Below, piece by piece: positions 1 through 11,037 of a stretch of 64,000 nucleotides of DNA (its first letter is position 1; the number at the start of each line of letters is the position of its first letter). The position numbers and the translations under genes were made by a program. This stretch comes from Ranitomeya imitator (lineage: Eukaryota). The notes under the pieces were generated by a model. That model had not been told where the DNA came from and ran no database searches. It saw nothing but the letters and a program-made list of their open reading frames with translations. The stretch lies in contig NC_091287.1 of assembly GCF_032444005.1 (NCBI RefSeq), positions 536,858,001-536,922,000 of the forward strand. Reading direction: 5' to 3'.

Positions 1-286
1 CATTACTGATCCTGAGTTACATCCTGTATTATACCCCAGAGCTGCACTCACTATTCTGCTGGTGCAGTCACTGTGTACATACATTACATTACTGATCCTG
101 AGTTACATCCTGTATTATATCCCAGAGCTGCACTCACTATTCTGCTGGTGAAGTCACTGTGTACATACATTACATTACTGATCCTGAGTTACATCCTGTA
201 TTATTCTCCAGAGCTGCACTCACTATTCTGCTGGTGCAGTCACTGTGTACATACATTACATTACTGATCCTGAGTTACATCCTGTA
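1..286 (+). repeat. 86-bp satellite array (runs off the left edge of the window)
   Basis: Tandem copies of cattactgatcctgagttacatcctgtattatactccagagctgcactcactattctgctggtgcagtcactgtgtacatacatta; ends abruptly at ...catcctgta (286). Confidence 0.95.
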
Positions 287-326
287 GATCTTTTATTATA
301 AAAATGAAAACCATAACAATAATAAT

Positions 327-3263
327 ACCCCGGCCCCCCATGTTATAGCCAGTCAAACCTCCCAATTGCTACACCCAGAAACCCCTCTAACCTTATTAAT
401 ATTCCCTGCATGCCTTCTGTCTCTTTGAATTGTGCCCTTTGGAATTCTCGCTTTGTGTGTAATAAACTCTCCTTCATTCATGACTTCTTCCTTTCTAATT
501 CTCTTAATCTCCTGGCTCTTACTGAAACCTGGATCCAGCAGTCAGACACCACTGCTGCTGCTGCTCTTTCATATGGTGCACTACACTTTTCTCATACCCC
601 AAGATCGGACAACAGAGCAGGTGGAGGCGTTGGTCTGCTCCTTTCACCCAAATGTACTTTCCAAGTTATCCCCCAAGTACCCTCACTTGTCTTCCCTTCC
701 TTTGAGGTCCATGTGGTCAGACTCTACGTCCCCTTCTCCATGCGAGTGGTGGTGGTGTATCGTCCTCCCGGCCCCTCTCATCAGTTCCTGGATCACTTTG
801 CCACCTGGCTTCCACACTTTCTTTCCTGTGACACCCCCACCCTTATCATGGGTGATTTCAACATCCCTATTGCCTCTCCCCTCTCCCCATCTGCTTCTCA
901 CCTTTTGGCTCTAACCTCCTCTTTCGGCCTCTCGCAGCATACTAACTCGCCAACACATGAAGATGGAAACTCCCTTGACTTGGTCTTCTCCCGGCTTTGC
1001 TCAGTGGATGATTTCACAAACTCCCCTCTCCCACTCTCTGACCACCACCTTCTTTCATTCTCTATCAAGAACTGCCATCCCGCTCAGGTCACCCCCACTT
1101 TCCACACTTATAGAAACATACAGGCCATTAACACCCAGGAACTTATGAAGAACTTGCAGTCCTCATTGGCCCCAATCTCCTCCATCTCATGTCCTGATTC
1201 TGCTCTGAAGCATTACAATGAAACCCTGCAAAGTGCCCTGGATGAAGCTGCTCCTCCTATACATAAAACAACTCGGCACAGACGGCAACAACCGTGGCAC
1301 ACGCTGCAAACACGTTTCCTGCAGCGGTGCTCCAGGTGCGCAGAACGTCTGTGGAGAAAATCTAATCTACCCGAAGATTTCATCCATTATAAGTTCATGC
1401 TAAAGACATACAATTCTGCCCTTCACCTCTCCAAACAAACCTACTTCAACACCCTCATCACCTCCCTGTCCAATAACCCTAAACGTCTCTTTGACACGTT
1501 CCAGTCCCTACTCAACCCAAGAGCGCAGGCCCCAACCACGGATCTCCGTGCTGACAATCTGGCCAATTACTTCAAAGAAAAAATTGACCATATTCGACAG
1601 GAAATCATCTCCCAATCTCTTCATACCATGCACTGTCCTCCCTCCCCCACTGCATCTAGTTCACTCTCTGACTTTGAACCAGTTACAGAAGAAGAAGTAA
1701 GCAGGCTCCTTGCATCTTCTCGCCCGACCACTTGCACCAGTGACCCCATTCCGTCACATTTCCTCCAGTCCCTTTCCCCGGCTGTCACCTCTCACCTAAC
1801 AAAAATATTCAACCTTTCCCTCACTTCCGGTATTTTTCCCTCCTCATTTAAGCATGCCATCATACATCCATTACTTAAAAAACCATCCCTCGACCAAAAC
1901 TGTGCCGCTAATTATAGACCTGTCTCTAATCTTCCCTTCATCTCTAAACTCCTCGAACGCCTGGTCCACTCCCGTCTTACCCGCTATCTCTCAGATAACT
2001 CTCTTCTCGACCCTCTTCAATCTGGTTTCCGCTCTTTACACTCTACTGAAACTGCCCTCACTAAAGTCTCTAATGACCTACTAACAGCTAAATCTAATGG
2101 TCACTACTCCATGCTAATTCTCTTGGATCTCTCTGCAGCATTTGATACTGTGGATCATCAGCTCCTCCTCACTATGCTCCGCTCCATCGGCCTCAAGGAC
2201 ACCGTTCTCTCCTGGTTCTCCTCCTATCTCTCTGACCGATCCTTCACTGTATGTTTCGCTGGTTCCTCCTCCTCTCACCTTCCCCTTACTGTTGGGGTTC
2301 CTCAAGGATCAGTCCTAGGCCCCCTCCTCTTCTCTTTGTATACTGCCCCTATTGGACAAACAATCAGTAGATTTGGCTTCCAGTACCATCTCTATGCTGA
2401 CGACACCCAACTATACACTTCTTCTCCTGATCTCACGCCTGCCTTATTAGAAAACACCAGTGATTGTCTTACCGCTGTCTCTAGCATCATGTCCTCCCTC
2501 TATCTGAAACTAAACCTGTCAAAAACTGAACTCCTCGTGTTTTCTCCCTCTACTAACCTACCTTTGCCTGACATTGCCATCTCCGTTTGCGGTTCCACCA
2601 TTACTCCAAAGCAACATGCCCGCTGCCTTGGGGTCATCCTTGATTCTGACCTTTCATTCACCCCCCACATCCGATCACTGGCTCGCTCTTCTTACCTGCA
2701 TCTCAAAAACATTTCTAGAATTCGCCCTTTTCTTACTTTCGACTCTGCAAAAACTCTTACTGTTTCACTTATTCATTCTCGTCTGGACTATTGTAACTCT
2801 CTACTAATCGGCCTCCCTCTTACCAAACTCTCCCCGCTCCAATCTGTCCTGAATGCTGCTGCCAGGATCATATTCCTCACCAACCGTTACACCGATGCCT
2901 CTACCTTGTGCCAGTCATTACACTGGTTACCCATCCACTCAAGAATCCAGTACAAAACTACTACCCTCATCCACAAAGCACTCCATGGCTCAGCACCACC
3001 CTACATCTCCTCTCTGGTCTCAGTCTACCACCCTACCCGTGCCCTCCGCTCCGCTGATGACCTCAGGTTAGCATCCTCAATAATCAGAACCTCCCACTCC
3101 CGTCTCCAAGACTTTACACGTGCTGCGCCGATTCTTTGGAATGCACTACCTAGGATAATACGATTAATCCCCAATCCCCACAGTTTTAAGCGTGCCCTAA
3201 AAACTCATTTGTTCAGACTGGCCTACCGCCTCAATGCATTAACCTAACGATCCCTGTGTGGCC

Positions 3264-3294
<31 letters not shown>

Positions 3295-3585
3295 TTAATT
3301 ACCTGGTTCATGCAGCTTTACATGAACACCCAAGCCTTACACTATGGCTGGTCCGAATAACTATAGCAATTGTTACCATCCACCTCTCGTGTCTCCCCTT
3401 TTCCTCATAGTTTGTAAGCTTACGAGCAGGGCCCTCACTCCTCTTGATATCTGTTTTGAACTGTATTTCTGTTATGCTGTAATGTCTATTGTATGTACAA
3501 GTCCCCTCTATAATTTGTAAAGCGCTGCGGAATATGTTGGCGCTATATAAATAAAAATTATTATTATTATTATTATTATTATTAT
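327..3585 (+). mobile_element. L2-clade LINE, 5'-truncated, young
   Basis: Intact ORF2. The 3' UTR ends in the L2-type stem-loop tail tgtaaagcgctgcggaatatgttggcgctatataaataaa followed by (ATT)n. 9-bp TSD aataataat at 318-326 and 3586-3594. Internal A25 run at 3270-3294. Confidence 0.93.
410..3247 (+). CDS. L2 ORF2: APE endonuclease plus reverse transcriptase, 945 aa, uninterrupted
   Basis: Endonuclease motifs WN, LTETW, GGGVG, MGDFN and SDH; RT motifs [32 protein letters not shown] and YADD; L2-type C-terminus HWLPI...F.RALKTHLF. Confidence 0.95.
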   Translation: MPSVSLNCALWNSRFVCNKLSFIHDFFLSNSLNLLALTETWIQQSDTTAAAALSYGALHFSHTPRSDNRAGGGVGLLLSPKCTFQVIPQVPSLVFPSFEVHVVRLYVPFSMRVVVVYRPPGPSHQFLDHFATWLPHFLSCDTPTLIMGDFNIPIASPLSPSASHLLALTSSFGLSQHTNSPTHEDGNSLDLVFSRLCSVDDFTNSPLPLSDHHLLSFSIKNCHPAQVTPTFHTYRNIQAINTQELMKNLQSSLAPISSISCPDSALKHYNETLQSALDEAAPPIHKTTRHRRQQPWHTLQTRFLQRCSRCAERLWRKSNLPEDFIHYKFMLKTYNSALHLSKQTYFNTLITSLSNNPKRLFDTFQSLLNPRAQAPTTDLRADNLANYFKEKIDHIRQEIISQSLHTMHCPPSPTASSSLSDFEPVTEEEVSRLLASSRPTTCTSDPIPSHFLQSLSPAVTSHLTKIFNLSLTSGIFPSSFKHAIIHPLLKKPSLDQNCAANYRPVSNLPFISKLLERLVHSRLTRYLSDNSLLDPLQSGFRSLHSTETALTKVSNDLLTAKSNGHYSMLILLDLSAAFDTVDHQLLLTMLRSIGLKDTVLSWFSSYLSDRSFTVCFAGSSSSHLPLTVGVPQGSVLGPLLFSLYTAPIGQTISRFGFQYHLYADDTQLYTSSPDLTPALLENTSDCLTAVSSIMSSLYLKLNLSKTELLVFSPSTNLPLPDIAISVCGSTITPKQHARCLGVILDSDLSFTPHIRSLARSSYLHLKNISRIRPFLTFDSAKTLTVSLIHSRLDYCNSLLIGLPLTKLSPLQSVLNAAARIIFLTNRYTDASTLCQSLHWLPIHSRIQYKTTTLIHKALHGSAPPYISSLVSVYHPTRALRSADDLRLASSIIRTSHSRLQDFTRAAPILWNALPRIIRLIPNPHSFKRALKTHLFRLAYRLNALT

Positions 3586-4039
3586 AATAATAATAGCAGA
3601 AAACATAACAAAAATATTCTCTCCTCTCACACATATTATACAGTATATACAGAATAACTACTTTGACCTTCTGGTCCGGTCACCAAACAAAAAAATAATA
3701 ACAAATAAAACAAACAATGGCAAACAAAAACTATATACATGAATTTTATTTTTTTTTAATAAAATAACTACAGATATATACAATACTAAGCTATCCTTCA
3801 TTCCCAACCCCCCGCACTGACCCGAGAGCTGGTCCTGCGTCTCATGCCTCAGTCCATGTCCAACGTCCATAGGCCAGATCAGGCAGTGCTAGTTTTCCCC
3901 CAAACAACTCAGTGTCCCATAGTCCCACAACATAAACCCACCTCCCCCCTTTTCCCACCACCCAACCTAACACCTACACCCAATTCTATATCCCTATATA
4001 CAATATATACATTATATACAGCAACACACACCACAATAA

Positions 4040-7000
4040 TTACACATCACTAAAAGAAAAGCCCCTCCAGAGGAGAGCGGCCCTCCGTGCGCCCAGTCTC
4101 CCATACTCCAGAGAGTGCACCTTCACCAGGTCACCGAGTATGGTCCTAAACACATCGTCCACTGGGAGGATTTTTCGTTGCGTCGATACTAAGCACCGTG
4201 CGTTCCACGTGTGATACCTAACCACTGTGCTAACTAGAAATAAGGTGCAGCGGTACTGACCACCAAGGTCTCCGAATGCTCCATAGGCTCATTCCGCATA
4301 GGAGAGACCAGCCAGCCGAGACCAGCAAATGAAGGCGCCCACCCTGTTGTACACCTCTGTATTGAAGGGACAATGAAGCAGGAAGTGGTCCATGCTTTCC
4401 AGCAAGGTACCACAATGCTCCCGAGGACAAATTCTGTCCTCAGAGCTCCTACACTTCAGATTGTTCCTCACACACAGTTTCCCATGGAAGCAGCGCCAAG
4501 ACAAGTCCCAAAACTTCGAGGGGATCCTGATAGAATTCAAAAGATGCAAACCCACCCCAAGATCCCGACTTGGGCAGTCACTGAGCGCCAGAGACCTCTG
4601 GAAATGGGTCAACAGAACCCTATTGTCAAGGAGTTTCCTTGGCAGAGTCCTGATCTCCCACATTCCCAGACCCCACCTACGAATTACCTTCAGAACCAAG
4701 GTAGCGTAAGCCGGAAGATGTCCATGCGGTGTGCGAAGATCCTTCACTTGCCCTCCTGTCTCCCATTCCTGGAAGAAAGGCTGAAACCATCCCCTACAGG
4801 AGAATACCCACGGAGGAGCCCTCTCTTTCCAGAGATTTGCAATATCGATCTTAATGAAGGTATCCACAAGGAATACCACAGGGTTGACCATACCCAACCC
4901 TCCTAGTCTTGTCGTACGGTAAGTAACCTCCCTCTTGACCAGGTTCAGTCTATTCCCCCATAACAGTTGGAAGAACAAACTGTAGACCCGAGTCCAGAGA
5001 GATTCTGGCAAGATGCACACACTGCCCAGATAAATCAGTAAAGGGAGCAGGTAATTTTGATCAGGTTTACCCTTTCTCTTAGGGTCAAAGACCAACCCTT
5101 CCATTGGTTCACCTTCTAAGTGGCGATCTCTAGCCTGCTGCCCCAATTTTGTTTGGGGTAATCCCCTTGGCCAAATTCGATGCCAAGGACTTTTGCAGAA
5201 ACTTTGGGTCCTGGAAGGGTGTCCGGGAGATCAAAACCAGGATCTCCTCCTCCCAGCCAGAGACTCTCACACTTATCCCGGTTGATCTTGGACCCGGATG
5301 CCTCCGAGTAGTGATCTACCTCTGACATCAGCCACCCTGCCTCCTTGTGAGAGGAAATAAACACAGTGACATTGGCATACGCCACCTGTTATGGACCTGG
5401 TGGTTAGGAGCACCCGGAACGACCTGATGGTTAAACTCACACAGGACAAGCTCTGGGAAGTAGGAACTCTGCTGACCGCAACCCCTAATCCTATCACACA
5501 ACTAGAAATAGCCGTGGGGCGTACCTAACTCGGCCTAGACGCCTCTTCACAGCCTAAGAGCTAACTAGCCCTAGAAATAGAAAATAAAGCCTACCTTGCG
5601 TCAGAGAAATTCCCCAAAGGAAAAGCAGCCCCCCACATATATTGACTGTGAGTTAAGATGAAGTCACAAACACAGAAATGAAACAGGTTTCAGCAAAGGG
5701 AGGCCAGACTTACTAAACAGACTGAGGATAGAAAAGGTATCTTTGCGGTCAGCACAAAAAAATACAAAAAGACCACGCAGAGTGTGCAAAAAGACCTCCG
5801 CATCGACTCACGGTGCGGAGGTGCCACTCTGCATCCCAGAGCTTCTAGCTAGCAAGGCAAAATCATGATAGCAAGCTGGACAAGAAAACAATGAACAAAT
5901 AATTAACTAGCTTCTGCTGGAGTAGACAGGTCACCAGAAAGATCCAAGAGCGAACTGAACCAGTACAAGAACATTGACAGCTGGCATGGAGTAACGATCT
6001 AAGTGGAGTTAAATAGAGCAGCCAGCCAAAGAATAAACTCCGTCACCTGTGGAAGAAACCTCAGAAGCAGCAGCTCCACTCACAGCCACCAGAGGGAGTC
6101 CATGGACAGAACTCGCCGAAGTACCATTCATGACCACAGGAGGAAGTTCGATAACAGAATTCACAACAGCCACCACCCTCAGAGTGGTGCTGCCTGGTCC
6201 ATCCCGATCCTGGCCAACGGTCCACGCTCCACCCTCCTAAGAAGAGGGTCAATCGCAAACACGTACAGCAGCGGGCTCAAGGGAAAACCCTGGCGAACAC
6301 CGGACCCAACCTCAAAAGAGCTGCCACTCCAACCATTTACAAGCAGGAAACTCTCTGCACCACTGTACAAGGTCTTAAGCCAATCAACAAACCCCCCTGG
6401 CAGGCCATATCTCAGAAGGATGGCACAGATGTACTCGTGATTAACCGAATCAAACGCTTTTGCCTGGTCCAGTGACAGCATGTACCCTTTCCATTGACCA
6501 GCCCTACCCTGCTCCGCTGCCTCTCGGACACAGAGCACAGCACTAAATGTGCTACGGCCTGGAACAGAGCAATGCTGGGCCTCCGAAAGGAGTCGGAGTG
6601 AAAATTTCACCAGCCAATTAAACAGCACCTTTGCCAGAACCTTCCTGTCTGCATTGAGAAGCGCTATGGGACGCCAATTCTCAATGCAAGATGGGTCCTT
6701 ACCCTTTGACAAGATGATCAGAGCAGACCTGCTCATTGACTTCAGCAGAGTGTCCGAGGAAAGACACTCATTGAATACCTCAGTCAAGAGGGGAACAAAA
6801 ACGTCCTTAAAGGTCTTATAGAATTCAGATTTTAAGCCATCTGGACCAGGCAATTTTTTTTGGGCAAGCCCTTCAATCGCCAACTGAACTTCCTCTTCCC
6901 TGATCATTTCTGTCAAAACATCAAGAGAGGGGTCTACCCCTGGTTTGGGGACAGCTTCAGCCAGGAAAGCCGACATCTCATCCCAATCAAGATCCCTCTT

Positions 7001-7995
7001 CCCCAAGAGGTGCGAGTAGAAGGATCTGACAACCTCCAGGATCCCTGATCTGGATCGCCTCAGGGACCCCGTAGTGTCGACCAGTCCTGTAACTACTTTA
7101 CTATTCACTGACATCTTGCAGTTTCTGTAAGGGTCGGGTGAGCGGTACTTCCCGTAATCCCTCTTAAAAACCAAAGATGCATGTCTATTGTACGGACACC
7201 TCATAAGCAAAGGACTGTCTTATCTCCGCTTCTTCCAAGAGAGACGAATTGAGCCTCCAAAAGCCTCTTCCCATCCGGAGGGTCTCTAACATTCCGAGAA
7301 AACAAAATTAAACAGTGGTCGGAGAATTCCACCTCAACAACAGACACTGCTGAAGAGACAGCTTCCTCCTTTAAATAAAACCTATCTATCCTAGACCTAC
7401 AATTACCTCTATGATAGGTGAACCCCTCGTGGCCTGGGGTGTGCCGAATGTGGACATGCACCAGGCGAGCCTCACTAGCTATACTATTAAGGGCGACGCT
7501 ATCATAAGTCAGCTTGTCTCTGGAACCTCCTCTATCTCGGTGCCTCGTGACAGCATTGAAATCCCCTCTAAAGACAACATGCCAACTTGTAAAAAGGTAG
7601 GGCTTGATCCTCATAAAGAGACACTTGCGGTCCCACTTAGATTGGGGACCATAGATGTTGATGAGCGGGAGCTCTTGTCCCTTCATGAGGACATCTAAGA
7701 TCAGGCACCTCCCCATTTCTAACTCAATAACCCGTCGGTATTCCACCGGTGCGGTAAAAAGGACCGCCATTCCACTATACGGCTCGGCTGAAAGAGTCCA
7801 ATAGGAGGGCCTGAGTCTCCACTCCCTCTTAGCTTTAAACACATCTGCCATGTTTGGCAGCCTGGTCTCTTGCAAAAAGAAAATGTCAGCTTCAACCTGG
7901 CTGAGAAAATCAAAGGCCGCAAACCTAGCTGTATTTGACTTTATGCTGGTGACATTAATGGATGCCAGCGTCAACGGAGTGGGATCCGCCATCAT
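4040..7995 (-). pseudogene. Tx1-clade ORF2 (endonuclease-RT), frameshifted and split by a solo LTR
   Basis: Fragments: 7201-7995 (SINV, LQET, GDFN, IDRFY, SDH), 6179-7210 (PGPDG, WRPIALLN, LDQAKAFD, GVRQG.PLSP), 5116-5385, 4289-5146 (C..CG.LLESMDHFLLHC) and 4040-4225. The catalytic YADD motif reads YAN-. Confidence 0.92.
5387..6168 (-). mobile_element. Solo LTR (782 bp), probably Gypsy-like
   Basis: TGTT...AACA termini; gccacc duplicated at 5381-5386 and 6169-6174. Removing the insert restores the RT frame LRVVAY. Strand is tentative, from a TATA-like ctatttaa on the minus strand. Confidence 0.85.
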
Positions 7996-9630
7996 TGGTG
8001 ATCGAGTTAGATGACTTTCTTTTTCCCACTCCCCTTATCCTCTGCCTCAGAGGAGGAATCCTTCCCCCTCTTTAATGATAATGAGGTATCCATTCCCACG
8101 TGTTTTTTATTTTTATCGTCCTCGTCTCCGGACTCTGGGCCAGTCCCTCCGTCCAAGGATCTTACATTCCCAGAAGAAGGAGACTCGGCGTCCTCTGTGA
8201 GCCTGGCTGAAGCCAGAACCTCACCCTCAGCTTCCTCCTCAGAGGAAGAGATGTTTTCAAGGGCCTGGAACCGGTTAGAATGCCCAACCAGAGGGGAGTC
8301 GGTTTTTCCTTCCTTAGATACGTTGGTCAGAGCAGGAGAAGATTTTTTATCTCCCTTCTTTCTCTTCTTTTTGGTGCTGAGCTTACGCTTGTCCTCTAGC
8401 CACTGCCTATTATCCTCATCCATACTTTCATAATGGGAGGACTCTGAGGCAGTGGCACTTTCCTCCCTGTGGATCCTCCTGACCTCCTCATCCAACTCAT
8501 CATCCCTCGGTGCCTCAGCAGCAAGACTGGCATCCAGAACAGGGCCGCCCCAGTAGCCCGAGGCTCGCCCAGCTCCCTATCCTCTCTGCGCTTGTCTAGA
8601 CGCCTTAGCTGGGCAGGCGTCTTTTTATTGCTTTTCTTCCTTGGCCCCTCCGCTCCCTCACCCCTGCTAGTCCCTTCCCCAGCAGAATCAGCGTCACGGC
8701 TTTCTCCCAGTGGGGTCATGACTGCATTAGCGAAGGAGCGAGGACAACAGCTGAATGGGTGACCTAACTCACCCCACAGGTGGCACCTAATCTCCACACA
8801 AAATGCAGCAAGATGGCCAATATCCCCACACAATGCACATTTCTGCACAGTGCAGTTTGTGCTGAAGTGTGTGGGGTCACCGCACTTGTGACAGAGCTTC
8901 GGTTGCCCCTGGTAGAAGACCAAGATACGATCCCTACCCAGGAAGACAGATGATGGTATGTGGGCAACCGTACCACCTGAACGCTTAAGTTTTACCACAA
9001 ACGTCCAGGCCCCTGACCAGATACCAAACTCGTCACGGTTTTTCTTTGGCATTTCTACCACCTCTCCATACCAGCCAAGCCACGTCATGATGTCATAACA
9101 AGAAAGCGACTCGTTACAAGTCATCACGGTCACTTTCTTGACTTGGTTTTGGCGAGACACCACCTAAATGGAAAAGTCTCGCCAGCCAGGCTCATTTTTT
9201 GCCAACTCATAGTTCAACCAGAAGAGCTCAAGCCCCTCTGGACGAACAAAGCTGACATCAAACTCAGGTGTGGACTAGGGATGTATGAAGGCATAGATGT
9301 CAATCGCCCTGAAGCCCATCCTCAGCAGGAGCTCCACAACTTTAGACCTTGGAGGACACGCATCACTGCCCCTCCACCGAAGATGGACCACATTCCTACG
9401 CACACTACCCGGCCCGGCTGTTGGCAGGGACCACACTGTATCCCCCCCTCTTTGCTCTCGGAAGGCCCCAAGGCCATGCCTCTCTATCCAGAAGGATAGA
9501 TCAACCTCTCGACCCTCTACCATTAGTGATCTCTCTCCCTTCTTTAGAGCCTCCAGGAGACGCCGTTGCAACATGCCATCCCCAGAGCCCAGAGACGAGG
9601 AGGATGCCCTATTTCCCCCGGAGGTGACAG

Positions 9631-9704
9631 TAGCAAAACTCCTGACAGGTGCTTATACCACTGGGGGGGGGGGGCAACCGGACCAGTGACTACATCCACA
9701 CCAA
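9631..9704 (+). repeat. Left copy of the 74-bp target-site duplication flanking the ribozyme array
   Basis: tagcaaaactcctgacagg...catccacaccaa recurs at 11306-11384; the only visible difference is G-run length (12 vs 17). Confidence 0.95.
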
Positions 9705-9937
9705 AGGCCTGGCTATTCACTGCTTGCGTCGAGAAACACGTGATGGTGTCTCCGCAGCTTCTTTTCTTGCATCTGCATATTTCCCATAAGGGATGGGGGC
9801 AGTGTTCTGGAATCACTGCGTTGAGAAACACGTGATGGTGTCTCCGCGGTGTTGGATGTTTTGGTCTCCCCGAGGCCAATCATCTGTGCCTTTATAGCCT
9901 TTTTACTAGGCACTGCTCCTAATAGCCAGATTCCTAC

Positions 9938-9981
9938 TCCACACTGATGAGGGGCAAAACCCCGAAACAGCTGTCTGTGGA
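9938..9981 (+). ncRNA. Type I hammerhead ribozyme, copy 1
   Basis: Stem I UCCACA(9938-43)/UGUGGA(9976-81); core CUGAUGA(9944-50); stem II GGGG-CAAAA-CCCC(9951-63); GAAA(9964-67); palindromic stem III ACAGCUGU(9967-74); GUC triplet with predicted cleavage 3' of 9975. Confidence 0.92.
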
Positions 9982-10289
9982 TGGATACCATGCTTGGCAT
10001 AGGTGGCTTTCCTTCATAGGATGCTGCCCTTCCCGTGGTTGTTCCTTCCCGGGGAAAGGCCTGGCTATTCACTGCTTGCGTCGAGAAACACGTGATGGTG
10101 TCTCCGCAGCTTCTTTTCTTGCATCTGCATATTTCCCATAAGGGATGGGGGCAGGGTTCTGGAATCACTGCGTTGAGAAACACGTGATGGTGTCTCCGCG
10201 GTGTTGGATGTTTTGGTCTCCCCGAGGCCAATCATCTGTGCCTTTATAGCCTTTTTACTAGGCACTGCTCCTAATAGCCAGATTCCTAC

Positions 10290-10333
10290 TCCACACTGAT
10301 GAGGGGCAAAACCCCGAAACAGCTGTCTGTGGA
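10290..10333 (+). ncRNA. Type I hammerhead ribozyme, copy 2
   Basis: Identical to copy 1, shifted +352; predicted cleavage 3' of 10327. Confidence 0.92.
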
Positions 10334-10641
10334 TGGATACCATGCTTGGCATAGGTGGCTTTCCTTCATAGGATGCTGCCCTTCCCGTGGTTGTTCCTTC
10401 CCGGGGAAAGGCCTGGCTATTCACTGCTTGCGTCGAGAAACACGTGATGGTGTCTCCGCAGCTTCTTTTCTTGCATCTGCATATTTCCCATAAGGGATGG
10501 GGGCAGTGTTCTGGAATCACTGCGTTGAGAAACACGTGATGGTGTCTCCGCGGTGTTGGATGTTTTGGTCTCCCCGAGGCCAATCATCTGTGCCTTTATA
10601 GCCTTTTTACTAGGCACTGCTCCTAATAGCCAGATTCCTAC

Positions 10642-10685
10642 TCCACACTGATGAGGGGCAAAACCCCGAAACAGCTGTCTGTGGA
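10642..10685 (+). ncRNA. Type I hammerhead ribozyme, copy 3
   Basis: Identical to copy 1, shifted +704; predicted cleavage 3' of 10679. Confidence 0.92.
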
Positions 10686-10993
10686 TGGATACCATGCTTG
10701 GCATAGGTGGCTTTCCTTCATAGGATGCTGCCCTTCCCGTGGTTGTTCCTTCCCGGGGAAAGGCCTGGCTATTCACTGCTTGCGTCGAGAAACACGTGAT
10801 GGTGTCTCCGCAGCTTCTTTTCTTGCATCTGCATATTTCCCATAAGGGATGGGGGCAGTGTTCTGGAATCACTGCGTTGAGAAACACGTGATGGTGTCTC
10901 CGCGGTGTTGGATGTTTTGGTCTCCCCGAGGCCAATCATCTGTGCCTTTATAGCCTTTTTACTAGGCACTGCTCCTAATAGCCAGATTCCTAC

Positions 10994-11037
10994 TCCACAC
11001 TGATGAGGGGCAAAACCCCGAAACAGCTGTCTGTGGA
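10994..11037 (+). ncRNA. Type I hammerhead ribozyme, copy 4
   Basis: Identical to copy 1, shifted +1056; predicted cleavage 3' of 11031. Confidence 0.92.

Noticed and set aside
9994-10050. Pol III A-box-like TGGCATAGGTGG downstream of the ribozyme
   Set aside because: No convincing B-box (GTTCRANNC) at a suitable distance; the best candidate GTTCCTTCC misses key positions.
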